The position numbers and the translations under genes were made by a program. Below the pieces are notes generated by a model. That model did no database searches. It had not been told where the DNA came from and worked only from the letters and a program-made list of their open reading frames with translations. From a virus (taxonomy: Duplodnaviria; Caudoviricetes), in the IMG/VR virus record IMGVR_UViG_3300043754_000129, positions 1-64,000 of that record: a DNA stretch of 64,000 nt. One strand, given 5' to 3'. Shown here piece after piece: positions 37,423-45,985 of the stretch. Positions within the stretch are counted from its first letter, which is position 1, and each line of letters opens with the position of its first letter.

Positions 37423-37867
37423 TGCCCTGGATCGCCTTGATCACCGACGACGCTGCGATCTGGATCGCGAAGATCTGCTGCTTGTACTGGTTGTTGAAGC
37501 AGCGCGACTCTTGGTCGACGAAGCGTGCGCAACCGAGCACGTTGTCGTAGAAGCCGATCGAGGCGTCGTAGACGGGCACGTCAGCCGGGTGAGCAGCCGT
37601 GTAGCGCAGCATCCAGAACTCGCGCACTTCGTCCAGGCATTCCTTGACGTCGAACACGCATTCCTCGTTGAACGCGCCGATGAGTTCCTTGGCGATCTGG
37701 AGGTTGTTGTAGTTGTAGTACTGGCCCGGGGCGTCCGTGCACGCCGTCGGGAGCGCCAGCGCGCGAGCGACTGCCATGGCCACACCGGCAGCGATGACGC
37801 AACGGCGGTCCGCTCCCATGTCTTGGGCGTTGACCGTCTGGATAAAACGAAGGAAAGACACGTTCAT
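37415..37867 (-). CDS. conserved phiKZ-like small protein
   Basis: ORF coupled to the downstream gene; F..IRY motif. Confidence 0.65.
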   Translation of the reverse strand: MNVSFLRFIQTVNAQDMGADRRCVIAAGVAMAVARALALPTACTDAPGQYYNYNNLQIAKELIGAFNEECVFDVKECLDEVREFWMLRYTAAHPADVPVYDASIGFYDNVLGCARFVDQESRCFNNQYKQQIFAIQIAASSVIKAIQGNV

Positions 37868-37891
37868 GATTTTCTCTCTGATGAAGATGGG

Positions 37892-39190
37892 TTAGGCACC
37901 GAGTTGCTTCAGTGCAGCCGAGCGCACGAACAGGTCGTTGTGCGCCAGGTCTTCGAGTTGACGTTGCAGCTTTTCCTGGCTGATTCGCTTGCGCTGAACC
38001 GGCGAGAGGAAGTCGTAGACGTAGCCGAGCAGCTGTTGCTTTTCGGTGAAGCCGTTGAGCACGTCGTCGATGACCTGGATGTCTTGCGCCAGTTGCGCCT
38101 GACGATCCAGATCCTTGTTGACCTTCATCTCGGCGACGAGTTGATCGCGCATGCGACCGTAACGCGTCTTGAGCGTGCCGTACAGGGTGTCGCTTGCTTC
38201 GACGCCGTCATTCAGACAGAGAATGAGCGTGAAGAGCAGCGACGAGCCGAGCGTGAGTGGCGCCAGGATGACGCAGCCGATCTTCATGGCTTCGACGTAG
38301 AGCCAGAACGGCCAGCTGCGGTACTTGATCGAGTTGTGCTCACGGTAGAGCTTGTCGAGGAACGTGGTGACGTCGCGTGCTGCGCCTTGGCGAGCGGCGA
38401 ACTGGTCAGCCAGCACTTCCCAGCCGTTGATGTCGAAGATGTTCGAACCGATCTCGCTGCGCAGCTCGCGCACATACGTCGAGATCAGCACGATCTCCGT
38501 GATCTTGCGGTTGTTGGACTTGGCGAGCGCTTCGGCGTCAAGTTCCTTCATCTTCATCTGGGACTTGATCTTCGTGAGGATGACTTCACGGTCCTTCACG
38601 CTCGTCGGCGTATCGTACGTCTTCGAGATGGCCTGGAGGATGAAGTTCGACGTCATCGTCGCCGCCAGGTATTCGAAGAAGCTGAAGAGGTGGCCCAGCT
38701 CGTGCAGGATACCCGCGGCTTTCTCCGCCGCCGTAAAACGACGGGAGACGAGCAGAGCAGCCGGCAGCAACAGCTGGCAAGCCATCTCGCTGAACACGCC
38801 ACCCACCTTGCCGCGCTTCAGGTCCACCGTGCCGATTGCCTTCTTGCTCGGATCGCTGAGAATCTTATCCGCGTCAGCCGTGCCAATCGCTTCCCGGATC
38901 CACAGGTCCAGGCGGTTCCAGAACACGTGGTTCGGGTTGGCCACCGGCGGGCAGCAGGCGAGGTCGCCGACGTCACCGGCCCAGCTCACGAGCAGTTGCA
39001 AGCCGGTGTGCGCCTTGATGACCGCGGGGAGGGTCAGTGCCAGCTCATGATCCGGGATGTCGCGCTCGGGGATCTTTTCGAATTCGGTGATGAGATTGGT
39101 CAGCTCTTTGAAAAGCTGTTGGTCGCGCTGGAATTCGATCGATTCCAGGGCCAAGGTGTCCCCTTGAAAAAGGCTGAGTCGTCGCCGCAT
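37892..39190 (-). CDS. virion protein with a zinc-metallopeptidase-like motif (phiKZ gp84-like)
   Basis: ILHELGHLF (HExxH) and downstream EVLADQFAARQG; hydrophobic C-terminal segment; ALE site near the N-terminus. Confidence 0.7.
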   Translation of the reverse strand: MRRRLSLFQGDTLALESIEFQRDQQLFKELTNLITEFEKIPERDIPDHELALTLPAVIKAHTGLQLLVSWAGDVGDLACCPPVANPNHVFWNRLDLWIREAIGTADADKILSDPSKKAIGTVDLKRGKVGGVFSEMACQLLLPAALLVSRRFTAAEKAAGILHELGHLFSFFEYLAATMTSNFILQAISKTYDTPTSVKDREVILTKIKSQMKMKELDAEALAKSNNRKITEIVLISTYVRELRSEIGSNIFDINGWEVLADQFAARQGAARDVTTFLDKLYREHNSIKYRSWPFWLYVEAMKIGCVILAPLTLGSSLLFTLILCLNDGVEASDTLYGTLKTRYGRMRDQLVAEMKVNKDLDRQAQLAQDIQVIDDVLNGFTEKQQLLGYVYDFLSPVQRKRISQEKLQRQLEDLAHNDLFVRSAALKQLGA

Positions 39191-39315
39191 GGCAGGCTTC
39201 CTTGAGTTGAATGTAGAAACTAACCTAGCGGTCTCATGCTGTAGACGCAGCAAAGCTCAGCTAGTGGAGTCAAAAGATTGACGTCACGAACGGGAATAAC
39301 CAAGGATTAAAACAC

Positions 39316-41115
39316 ATGAGTGAAGTCGTAGCTCTCCCGGACGGAGTGAAGGGGTATCAGTGCAAGTTTGCAGTGTATTGCCCGCCTCCTAAAGGCATGC
39401 GAGATGATTATCATCTCGTGAAAGAAACGATCCACAAGACGGATGGCTCGACTGAGCCGGCTGTCCGCATGATCAAGAATTACAAGCGTCCGATCTGGCG
39501 CACGAAGAAGGGATACCAGAATCACCAGGATCCCAAGGAATGGGAAGACATCGTCAAGCTGGACCGGTTTGACACGACCCAATCCGAACTCGACTTCACG
39601 ATCAAGAAGTCCCTCGGTATGCTCTGGCACAAGGGCGATCCGCGTGAACTCCGTAAGTCCCCGTACCTGTACGGTGTGGACTTGCTCTCGACGTGCGTGG
39701 TCAAGAAAGCGTACATCGATAAGTACCCGGGCATGAACGCCGTTTATGACGTCGCCGCATTCGACGTGGAAACGGACGTGGTGAACGGTACCGACCAGAT
39801 TACGATGGCGACGATCTCCTACCGGGATCGCGTGGTGACCGCGGTGCAGAAGTCCTTCCTCGAAGGCTTTGCCATGGTGGATCGCCGTCTGCAAGAGCTC
39901 TTCGATAAACACATCGGAGACGTCTACGCAGATCGCAACATCAAGTGGTCATTGGAAGTCGTCGATTGTGAGATCGATGTCATCCGGGCCTGCTTTAAGA
40001 AAGCCCATGAATGGAAGCCTGACTTCATGGCCATCTGGAACATCGACTTCGATATGTCCAAGATGTTGAAAGCCTGTGAGCGCAGTGGCTGGCGCCCTGA
40101 GGACATCTTCTGCGATCCGGCGGTGCCGCTCGACTATCGGTACTTCCGTTACAAGAAGGGTCCGAACATGAAGGTGACGGCATCGAACAAGAAGATGCCG
40201 ATTCCGCCTCAAGCGCAGTGGCACACGGTCTTCTGTCCGGCCTCGTTCTACTTCATTGACGCGATGTGCGTGTACTGGAATCTGCGCTCCCAAAAGGGCA
40301 AGGATCCGTCCTATTCCCTTGATGCGATTCTGAACAAGACGTTCAAGGGCAAGGTGCGCAAGCTCAAGTTCGAAGAAGGCGCTCACCTGCGCGGGATCGA
40401 CTGGCACAAATTCATGCAGACGAAGCACAAGCTCGAATACGTGATCTACAACGCGTTCGACTGTATCGGCATGGAGATCCTCGACGAAGAGACGAAGGAC
40501 TTACGTCTGACTATGCCGTCGTTTGCGGAATGGACGGACTTCGCGAACTTCAACTCGCAACCGCGCCGACTCGTCGACAAGCTGCACTATTTCTGTCTGG
40601 ACCACGGCAAGGTGATCGGTATAACGTCGGACTTGATCAAGTCCGACTTCGACGCGATGACAACTAAGCTGGGGGGCTGGATCGTCACACTACCGGCACA
40701 CTTGGTAGCGGACAATGGGGTTCAGGTGATCGAGGAAGATCCGCACCTGCGCACCAACATTCGGCTTCACGTGGGAGACTTGGACGTCTCGGCGTCTTAC
40801 CCGAACGGCGAGTGTGTGTACAACATCAGCAAGGAGACCACCAAGAAGGAAATGATCTCCATTGAGGGTGTGAGCAATCGCACGCAACGCCTGCAAGGGA
40901 TCAACTTCTCCGGCGGCTACAGTAACGCCATCGAGTTCTGCACGGACCTCTTTGGTATGCCAACTCTCGATACCTGGTTGGGTGCGTTCGCCCCGACCGT
41001 GGGTCAGCACTTCACGATTCCGTTCTACCGTAATCTCGCGCGCATTGAAGGCGGGGACGATACCTTCGGCGATGCACTCGATGACGAAGATGAAGGGGAT
41101 GATGACGAGGATTAA
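39316..41115 (+). CDS. family B DNA polymerase, 3'-5' exonuclease plus motif A part (split PolB, phiKZ gp82-like)
   Basis: ExoI AFDVETD, ExoII WNIDFD, ExoIII YNAFD and Pol motif A DLDVSASYP; motifs B and C absent. Confidence 0.85.
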   Translation: MSEVVALPDGVKGYQCKFAVYCPPPKGMRDDYHLVKETIHKTDGSTEPAVRMIKNYKRPIWRTKKGYQNHQDPKEWEDIVKLDRFDTTQSELDFTIKKSLGMLWHKGDPRELRKSPYLYGVDLLSTCVVKKAYIDKYPGMNAVYDVAAFDVETDVVNGTDQITMATISYRDRVVTAVQKSFLEGFAMVDRRLQELFDKHIGDVYADRNIKWSLEVVDCEIDVIRACFKKAHEWKPDFMAIWNIDFDMSKMLKACERSGWRPEDIFCDPAVPLDYRYFRYKKGPNMKVTASNKKMPIPPQAQWHTVFCPASFYFIDAMCVYWNLRSQKGKDPSYSLDAILNKTFKGKVRKLKFEEGAHLRGIDWHKFMQTKHKLEYVIYNAFDCIGMEILDEETKDLRLTMPSFAEWTDFANFNSQPRRLVDKLHYFCLDHGKVIGITSDLIKSDFDAMTTKLGGWIVTLPAHLVADNGVQVIEEDPHLRTNIRLHVGDLDVSASYPNGECVYNISKETTKKEMISIEGVSNRTQRLQGINFSGGYSNAIEFCTDLFGMPTLDTWLGAFAPTVGQHFTIPFYRNLARIEGGDDTFGDALDDEDEGDDDED

Positions 41116-41118
41116 GTA

Positions 41119-41598
41119 ATGAAGAAGACGGTTGAGATCCCGATGCACTCGCTGGAGGATCTCATGACCTGGCACGCGCAGCAAGCGTCCCGCTTTGAGA
41201 ATCTGGCTGAGGAGCACAAGAAGAAGTACGAGCCTCTTGGTCGTTACGGGGAAAGTGTGGTGCGCGGGGATTATCGCAAAGCCACCTTTCACCGGATGGC
41301 GGAAACGGTCTGTGCCAATGCAATTGTTGCGAGAGGACAAGGAGATGTGTTCGCAAATAAACGTCCCCTTGCGGGACCTGGAGGATGTGTTGGACTGGCA
41401 CCTCACCCAGCTGGAGCGGGAGCAGACGCGGTTTGCATCGCGCCCGACGGACCCGAGGTATGCGGGCTTCCCGAGACAGATCCAACGCATGCAACGCATG
41501 GATCGGAAGAAGATCGTCTTTCACCAACGTATCTCGAAGATCTTGCAAAGCGCGCTCGAGCAACTCCGGGCTCCTTCTGGCCCAGCACCGGTACCTGA
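41119..41598 (+). CDS. small helical protein (paralog family WH/FH, copy 1)
   Basis: EIPMHSLEDLMTWHAQQ...TFHR; the 3' half overlaps copy 2. Confidence 0.6.
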   Translation: MKKTVEIPMHSLEDLMTWHAQQASRFENLAEEHKKKYEPLGRYGESVVRGDYRKATFHRMAETVCANAIVARGQGDVFANKRPLAGPGGCVGLAPHPAGAGADAVCIAPDGPEVCGLPETDPTHATHGSEEDRLSPTYLEDLAKRARATPGSFWPSTGT

Positions 41599-41641
41599 AA
41601 ATGATCAAGCTTGCCCAAGTAGTCATCAAGACCCCGCGTGA
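41345..41641 (+). CDS. small helical protein (paralog family WH/FH, copy 2)
   Basis: NVPLRDLEDVLDWHLTQ...VFHQRI; GAGGA RBS before ATG 41345. Confidence 0.6.
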   Translation: MCSQINVPLRDLEDVLDWHLTQLEREQTRFASRPTDPRYAGFPRQIQRMQRMDRKKIVFHQRISKILQSALEQLRAPSGPAPVPENDQACPSSHQDPA

Positions 41642-41804
41642 CGTGTACGACTGGCACGTCTCTCAGGTAGCGCATCACATGGAAGCGATCAAGAAGATGA
41701 ACAGTGATCCCCGTGTGAAGGACGGCAACAAGCTGCTCCAGAAGCATTTGGATCAGGTACAGTTCCATCAGTCGATTGCCAACGTGCTCCAAGCCACGCT
41801 GTAA
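41601..41804 (+). CDS. small helical protein (paralog family WH/FH, copy 3)
   Basis: IKTPRDVYDWHVSQ...QFHQSI. Confidence 0.6.
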   Translation: MIKLAQVVIKTPRDVYDWHVSQVAHHMEAIKKMNSDPRVKDGNKLLQKHLDQVQFHQSIANVLQATL

Positions 41805-41812
41805 AGCGAACA

Positions 41813-41848
41813 GCATAGAAGCCCGGGTCGCCCCGGGCCTTTATGCCG
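41813..41848. terminator. bidirectional terminator with GCATA...TTTATGCCG arms
   Basis: Between convergent genes; stem GCCCGGG/CCCGGGC. Confidence 0.75.
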
Positions 41849-41859
41849 TCTCGGCGCGT

Positions 41860-42693
41860 TTAGAACATCGGGTGCGCGATCAGATTCTGGTAAGCCGCTG
41901 CGAGCTTATCGTCGTACGCATTCTGGGCGTGTTCGTTCACACCGTTGTACTGCTGCGCGAAGCTCACCCAGTTGTGGGTCACGAGTGCTTGCAGCATGTG
42001 GCCGCCGTTCATGTCCTTCAGGTAGGTCACGAACGCTTCGAGCTGGTTCTGCTCGTTGACTGCCATCGCATTGGTGAAGTCCTCGATGTTCGAGAAGCCG
42101 CACTGGATGTAGTAGTAGCCCATGATCTGGAACAGGCCCCACGACGCGCAACGCAGCGCGAGGTCAGGCGACACGCCGTACTGCGTGCAGATTGCTTGAG
42201 CGGCCTTGAGGCGCTGGTGTTCAGCCGGGCCACCTTGATAGCCACCAGGCGTCGTGTTGCAGAGCAGCGGGTTGGCTGCGACGATCTGGGTGACGGTAGC
42301 TTGCGGGAGAACGGTAAGCAACGTGCGGTAGAACTGTGCGCGTTCGAAGAGGATCGTGACCGAGCCGTCGTTGAAGAAGCCTGCGCCCGAGGTCTCGACC
42401 TGGCAGACGGTTTCAACGGTTGCGGCGTCCGTACCGAGCTCCTGAGCGGCTTGCTGGTACGCGGCAAGGGTCAGGTACTTGCCAGCGATGAAAGGCGCTG
42501 CAAGGGCTGCTGTGGCGGCGTCATAGACACCAGTGACAGGCAGGTTGCACAGATGCTGATACGTGCAGAGAGCAGCGACAGACTTCGGACCGAACTGACC
42601 ATCCGCGGTCAGATTGGCGCCAGTCTTTTCGTTGATCGCACGCTGAATGAGTTTGGTATATGCGACGGTGGTCCCAGCCGGCAAAGCGCTCAT
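41860..42693 (-). CDS. endolysin: peptidoglycan-binding domain plus N-acetylmuramidase (DUF3380-like)
   Basis: DGQFGPKS...YQ....LPVTGVYD (PG-binding); VETSG.GF, ILFER..F, ASWGLFQIMG, FA..YNG and YD.KLA.AY. Confidence 0.9.
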   Translation of the reverse strand: MSALPAGTTVAYTKLIQRAINEKTGANLTADGQFGPKSVAALCTYQHLCNLPVTGVYDAATAALAAPFIAGKYLTLAAYQQAAQELGTDAATVETVCQVETSGAGFFNDGSVTILFERAQFYRTLLTVLPQATVTQIVAANPLLCNTTPGGYQGGPAEHQRLKAAQAICTQYGVSPDLALRCASWGLFQIMGYYYIQCGFSNIEDFTNAMAVNEQNQLEAFVTYLKDMNGGHMLQALVTHNWVSFAQQYNGVNEHAQNAYDDKLAAAYQNLIAHPMF

Positions 42694-42735
42694 GGTTGTA
42701 ATCCTGAGAGACAAAAATCAAGTAGACGGAGTAAA

Positions 42736-42782
42736 ACCCTCAACATCAGGAACCCGGTTTAGAGGGCCCTGATGTTGAGGGT
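42736..42782. other. 15-bp perfect inverted repeat upstream of the endolysin
   Basis: ACCCTCAACATCAGG, 17-nt loop, CCTGATGTTGAGGGT. Confidence 0.85.
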
Positions 42783-42808
42783 GCTCACAGGATAAGTGAG
42801 GGTCGGGG

Positions 42809-42982
42809 TTACTCGTCCTTCGTCTGCTCAATGCGCTCGATTTTGTTGATCAAACGCGTGACTTGGCGGCGCTCCATACGGCGTGCGACCGGGCGTTGCT
42901 TGCGCGACGGGCCGCAGCACGGGCACTTCCAACCACCCGGACCATACGAAGCGATGCGATGACAAAAGGCTTTTGCTTTCAT
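42809..42982 (-). CDS. 57-aa basic Cys-motif protein (not in the ORF track)
   Basis: Manual translation MKAKAFCHRIASYGPGGWKCPCCGPSRKQRPVARRMERRQVTRLINKIERIEQTKDE; AAGGA RBS. Confidence 0.65.
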   Translation of the reverse strand: MKAKAFCHRIASYGPGGWKCPCCGPSRKQRPVARRMERRQVTRLINKIERIEQTKDE

Positions 42983-43026
42983 GACAGGTTTCCTTGTTAA
43001 GGTTCACTATGTCACGATTGCCTCCG

Positions 43027-43209
43027 CTACAGGTTAAGTTTACTCTCCACCGTACAACAGACGGCTTCTCTTTCTTTCCAGTGGCAACACCACCAGCACC
43101 GAACCAGTCCATCGGTCCAGTGCCGTTTCGGGGTCACTAAGCTGAGCACCGGGGCGGGACTCACAGTCCCGTCTGGTACCGGTACTCGCAGGGCTGTCTC
43201 CACGCTCAT
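43027..43209 (-). CDS. 60-aa Cys/Trp-rich protein
   Basis: TAGGAG RBS; CWWCCHW...CC. Confidence 0.5.
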   Translation of the reverse strand: MSVETALRVPVPDGTVSPAPVLSLVTPKRHWTDGLVRCWWCCHWKEREAVCCTVESKLNL

Positions 43210-43231
43210 GCCAACTCCTACTGCGCAGCGA

Positions 43232-43384
43232 TTAGATCAAGCAGCCGCCGCCACGGCGTTCTTTTGCCGGGCACGCACTCAGACGGTTAGCCCAAGCACG
43301 TTGACGGTAATGCTTGATGACACCCGTGCCAATCCACAGGCACGCCACCGTAGCGGCGCCCCAGACGTAGGACAGGATGTCCAT
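43232..43384 (-). CDS. 50-aa single-TM protein (not in the ORF track)
   Basis: Manual translation MDILSYVWGAATVACLWIGTGVIKHYRQRAWANRLSACPAKERRGGGCLI; starts 2 nt after the upstream stop. Confidence 0.55.
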   Translation of the reverse strand: MDILSYVWGAATVACLWIGTGVIKHYRQRAWANRLSACPAKERRGGGCLI

Positions 43385-43386
43385 GC

Positions 43387-44616
43387 TTACTTGCCGAAGA
43401 AGGCAGCAAGCTTCACGCGGCCGCGCTCGCTCAGACCGTACTTCGTGATGTTCTCGAAGTGGATCTGGTGGACGAGCTGTTGACGCGTTTGCGGATTCGC
43501 GAGCGTCTTCAGGAGCGTGATGATCTTGCGGAAGCCGAAACGATGGTCGGTCGACAGCGGGATGTGCTCGACGAATCGGAACACGTGCGTTTCCTTGAAC
43601 GCGCCTTCACGGTGGTGATGGAGCAGTGCGAGGATCGCTTGCATCGTCGGACGGAAGTCGCCTTCGAGGTTGTTGATCGCGGAGAGCAGCGCGTTGTAGA
43701 AGCCGACCTGTTGCAGGATGCCGTCCTTCTGCGCGATCGGCTTGCCCGGCTTCATCTTCACGATGTATTCCTTGATCGTGTTGATGATGATCTGCGCTTC
43801 CATCGACGCGCCCGTCATGAGCTTCTCGACGATCTGGTCGACTTCGCTGATGCCCGTTTGCACGGCCGGCAGCACGACGGCTTCTTCCTTCGCGACGACA
43901 GCCGGCGCTTCGACCTTCAGCGAGCGGTCTTGCGTACCGAGCACGTTCGTGACCGGCGAGGGCGAACCCTTGAAGTCCGGGTTGGGTTGCTGCGGCACCA
44001 GGGTCTTGAGACCGTTGGCGCTGTTGGCGACCTGCGGGAGCGTGCCCGCGCCGTTGGCGTTGTTGCTGACGATGGTGCCCGTGACGACCGGAGCGGCCGG
44101 CGTTTGCGGCACGTTGGCGGCAGCGTTGCCCTGGATCACGTCCTTGACTTCTTGCACGACGTTCTTCACGGCGTTTTCCGCGCCTTCGACCGCACCTTCA
44201 ATGGCGTCTTCGATCTTTGCGACTTCGCCTTCGATCGCACCTTCGATCTTCTTCACCCACGACACGCCTTCCGGCTGGGCAGCGCCCGGAACCACGGGGA
44301 CGCCTTGCGAGTCGAGGACCGGATCAACCGGGGAGGTCGATTGTGACGATTCGCCCGAGCATGAAGTGTCCGCAGATGCCGTCGGGACGTTGGGCAAGGT
44401 GGAGGCGACGGGGGCGGGCTGGCTGATCGGCGAGCCCTGCGCGTTCAGGATTTCCTGACCCTGCTGCTGGGGCGTCTGCACTGCGATCGTCGCCGCGCTG
44501 TCCGAAGCTTGCGCGGACGACGTTCCCACGTTTCCCTGTGCACCGCCTTGCGGGGCTTCCGCGCCAGCGTGGTGGAACGGGTTGACCACAATACCTTGTT
44601 TCTGTTCTTCGCTCAT
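43387..44616 (-). CDS. conserved phiKZ-like protein with a long disordered N-terminus
   Basis: C-terminal domain Y...M.PG.P...GAF.E..VFRF recalled as conserved in phiKZ-like phages. Confidence 0.7.
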   Translation of the reverse strand: MSEEQKQGIVVNPFHHAGAEAPQGGAQGNVGTSSAQASDSAATIAVQTPQQQGQEILNAQGSPISQPAPVASTLPNVPTASADTSCSGESSQSTSPVDPVLDSQGVPVVPGAAQPEGVSWVKKIEGAIEGEVAKIEDAIEGAVEGAENAVKNVVQEVKDVIQGNAAANVPQTPAAPVVTGTIVSNNANGAGTLPQVANSANGLKTLVPQQPNPDFKGSPSPVTNVLGTQDRSLKVEAPAVVAKEEAVVLPAVQTGISEVDQIVEKLMTGASMEAQIIINTIKEYIVKMKPGKPIAQKDGILQQVGFYNALLSAINNLEGDFRPTMQAILALLHHHREGAFKETHVFRFVEHIPLSTDHRFGFRKIITLLKTLANPQTRQQLVHQIHFENITKYGLSERGRVKLAAFFGK

Positions 44617-44638
44617 TGCTATATTTTCCAGGTTGGAG

Positions 44639-45985
44639 TTACATCAGTGCGGTTTGGTAATTCATCCGACGCGTTTGCAGGGACTTGCCGTGCATGGCCT
44701 TCATCGAGATCAGCATGAAGGTCGAGCCGTATTCAGAGATCGCCGACGAGAGAGCGGTCGGGTTGACGGAAAGTCGATCTCCCACACATGTTGCGCAGTA
44801 GTCAGTTTTGTCCAAATTGCAGAACATCGGACTGCGAAGCATGATGTGTTTTCCCAGATACTTCTCAGCATCCTGGGGCGAGTTGACTTTCTCATGACCC
44901 GCTTGGGTAACGACCGAGAAGCCCGGCAGTTTGTAGACGTTCTTCTTGTCGACGAGCATCGGCAGGCCGAGCTTCGTGCCACAGTCAGCCTTGGTGATGA
45001 CCATGTTCGAGGAAGCACGCAGCAGCCACTTCACGGCTTCACCACCGAGCATCGTTTCAGCACCGCGGTTGTACGAACCCGCCCGCAGGCTGTCCATCAT
45101 CGCGGGGAACTTCTCGACGTTCCAGGTCTCCGAGAGCGAGGTGTCGATGAGATCCATCCCGCCTTCACCGAAGCCGAACTCCGCACCGTGCATCAGGAAC
45201 ACCTTGGAGCGCACCACGTCGAAGAACTTATCCTTGATCAGGAAGTTCTCCGCTTCATCGCCCTTGAGGTATTCCTTGTCGTAGGCAATGAGTTGCTTCA
45301 TGATCGCGGCAATCACAGCCGGATCGTGCAGGCGACCCTTGTTCTCTTTCAGGAGCTTCTCGCGCAGTTCCTTGATGCCAGGCGGGGCCACCATTTCCTT
45401 GGCGGTCTTCGCCGGCACACACAGCTGCGTGTAGCCTGCCAAGTGGAACATCGCGTCACAGAACTTCACGTACTCCGAGACGGTCAGGGGAGCGTCCGTG
45501 CCTTCACCCACGGGCGGAGCATGCACAATCCCCATGGGCATCTGGTGCGTGGACGGATTCGTTTCCACCACCCGGTTCAGGAGCTCTTGCTCGATCTTCT
45601 CGGCATTCACCCGACCGACCTTGTACTTCACCTTGTTGCCAAACGGCCAGATGAGACAGGTGTAGTTGAAGAGGATGTTGCCGTAGCTCGTGGTGACTTC
45701 CGCGTCGTAGAGGTTCTCGACCTCACCGTGCTTGATGTCCACCGAGTCCTTGAAGGCGAATGGCGGTTGACCAGCCGGGGCGTCCTCGAGCATCGAGAGC
45801 GCCCCACCCTTGTCCGGGTCGATGAAGAAGTGACCCGCGGGCGTCTGCACGATGCGATACGGATACGGTTCCTTCTTCCACTGGTCCGGGATCTCCTTCA
45901 CCAGGCTGAAGGCGGAGATGACCCAAGCCTTACGCTTGTACTCCCCAGCCTTCATGGCCTTCAGGAAGAATTCACGACGATGCAT
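44639..45985 (-). CDS. virion RNA polymerase beta' subunit, C-terminal part (phiKZ gp80-like)
   Basis: DCGT, LRSPMFC...DYCATCVG (Zn site) and MKAMHG, corresponding to beta' C-terminal regions; RKLFLM.G-like KVFLMHG. Confidence 0.85.
   Translation of the reverse strand: MHRREFFLKAMKAGEYKRKAWVISAFSLVKEIPDQWKKEPYPYRIVQTPAGHFFIDPDKGGALSMLEDAPAGQPPFAFKDSVDIKHGEVENLYDAEVTTSYGNILFNYTCLIWPFGNKVKYKVGRVNAEKIEQELLNRVVETNPSTHQMPMGIVHAPPVGEGTDAPLTVSEYVKFCDAMFHLAGYTQLCVPAKTAKEMVAPPGIKELREKLLKENKGRLHDPAVIAAIMKQLIAYDKEYLKGDEAENFLIKDKFFDVVRSKVFLMHGAEFGFGEGGMDLIDTSLSETWNVEKFPAMMDSLRAGSYNRGAETMLGGEAVKWLLRASSNMVITKADCGTKLGLPMLVDKKNVYKLPGFSVVTQAGHEKVNSPQDAEKYLGKHIMLRSPMFCNLDKTDYCATCVGDRLSVNPTALSSAISEYGSTFMLISMKAMHGKSLQTRRMNYQTALM

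Noticed and set aside
42828-43112. 94-aa ORF from the track upstream of the endolysin
   Set aside because: It has no RBS and overlaps two better-supported small ORFs in other frames (42809..42982 and 43027..43209).
39316-45985. Introns or inteins in the polymerase or RNAP genes
   Set aside because: The reading frames are continuous, with expected motif spacing and no intein (C…HN) or homing-endonuclease insertion seen.
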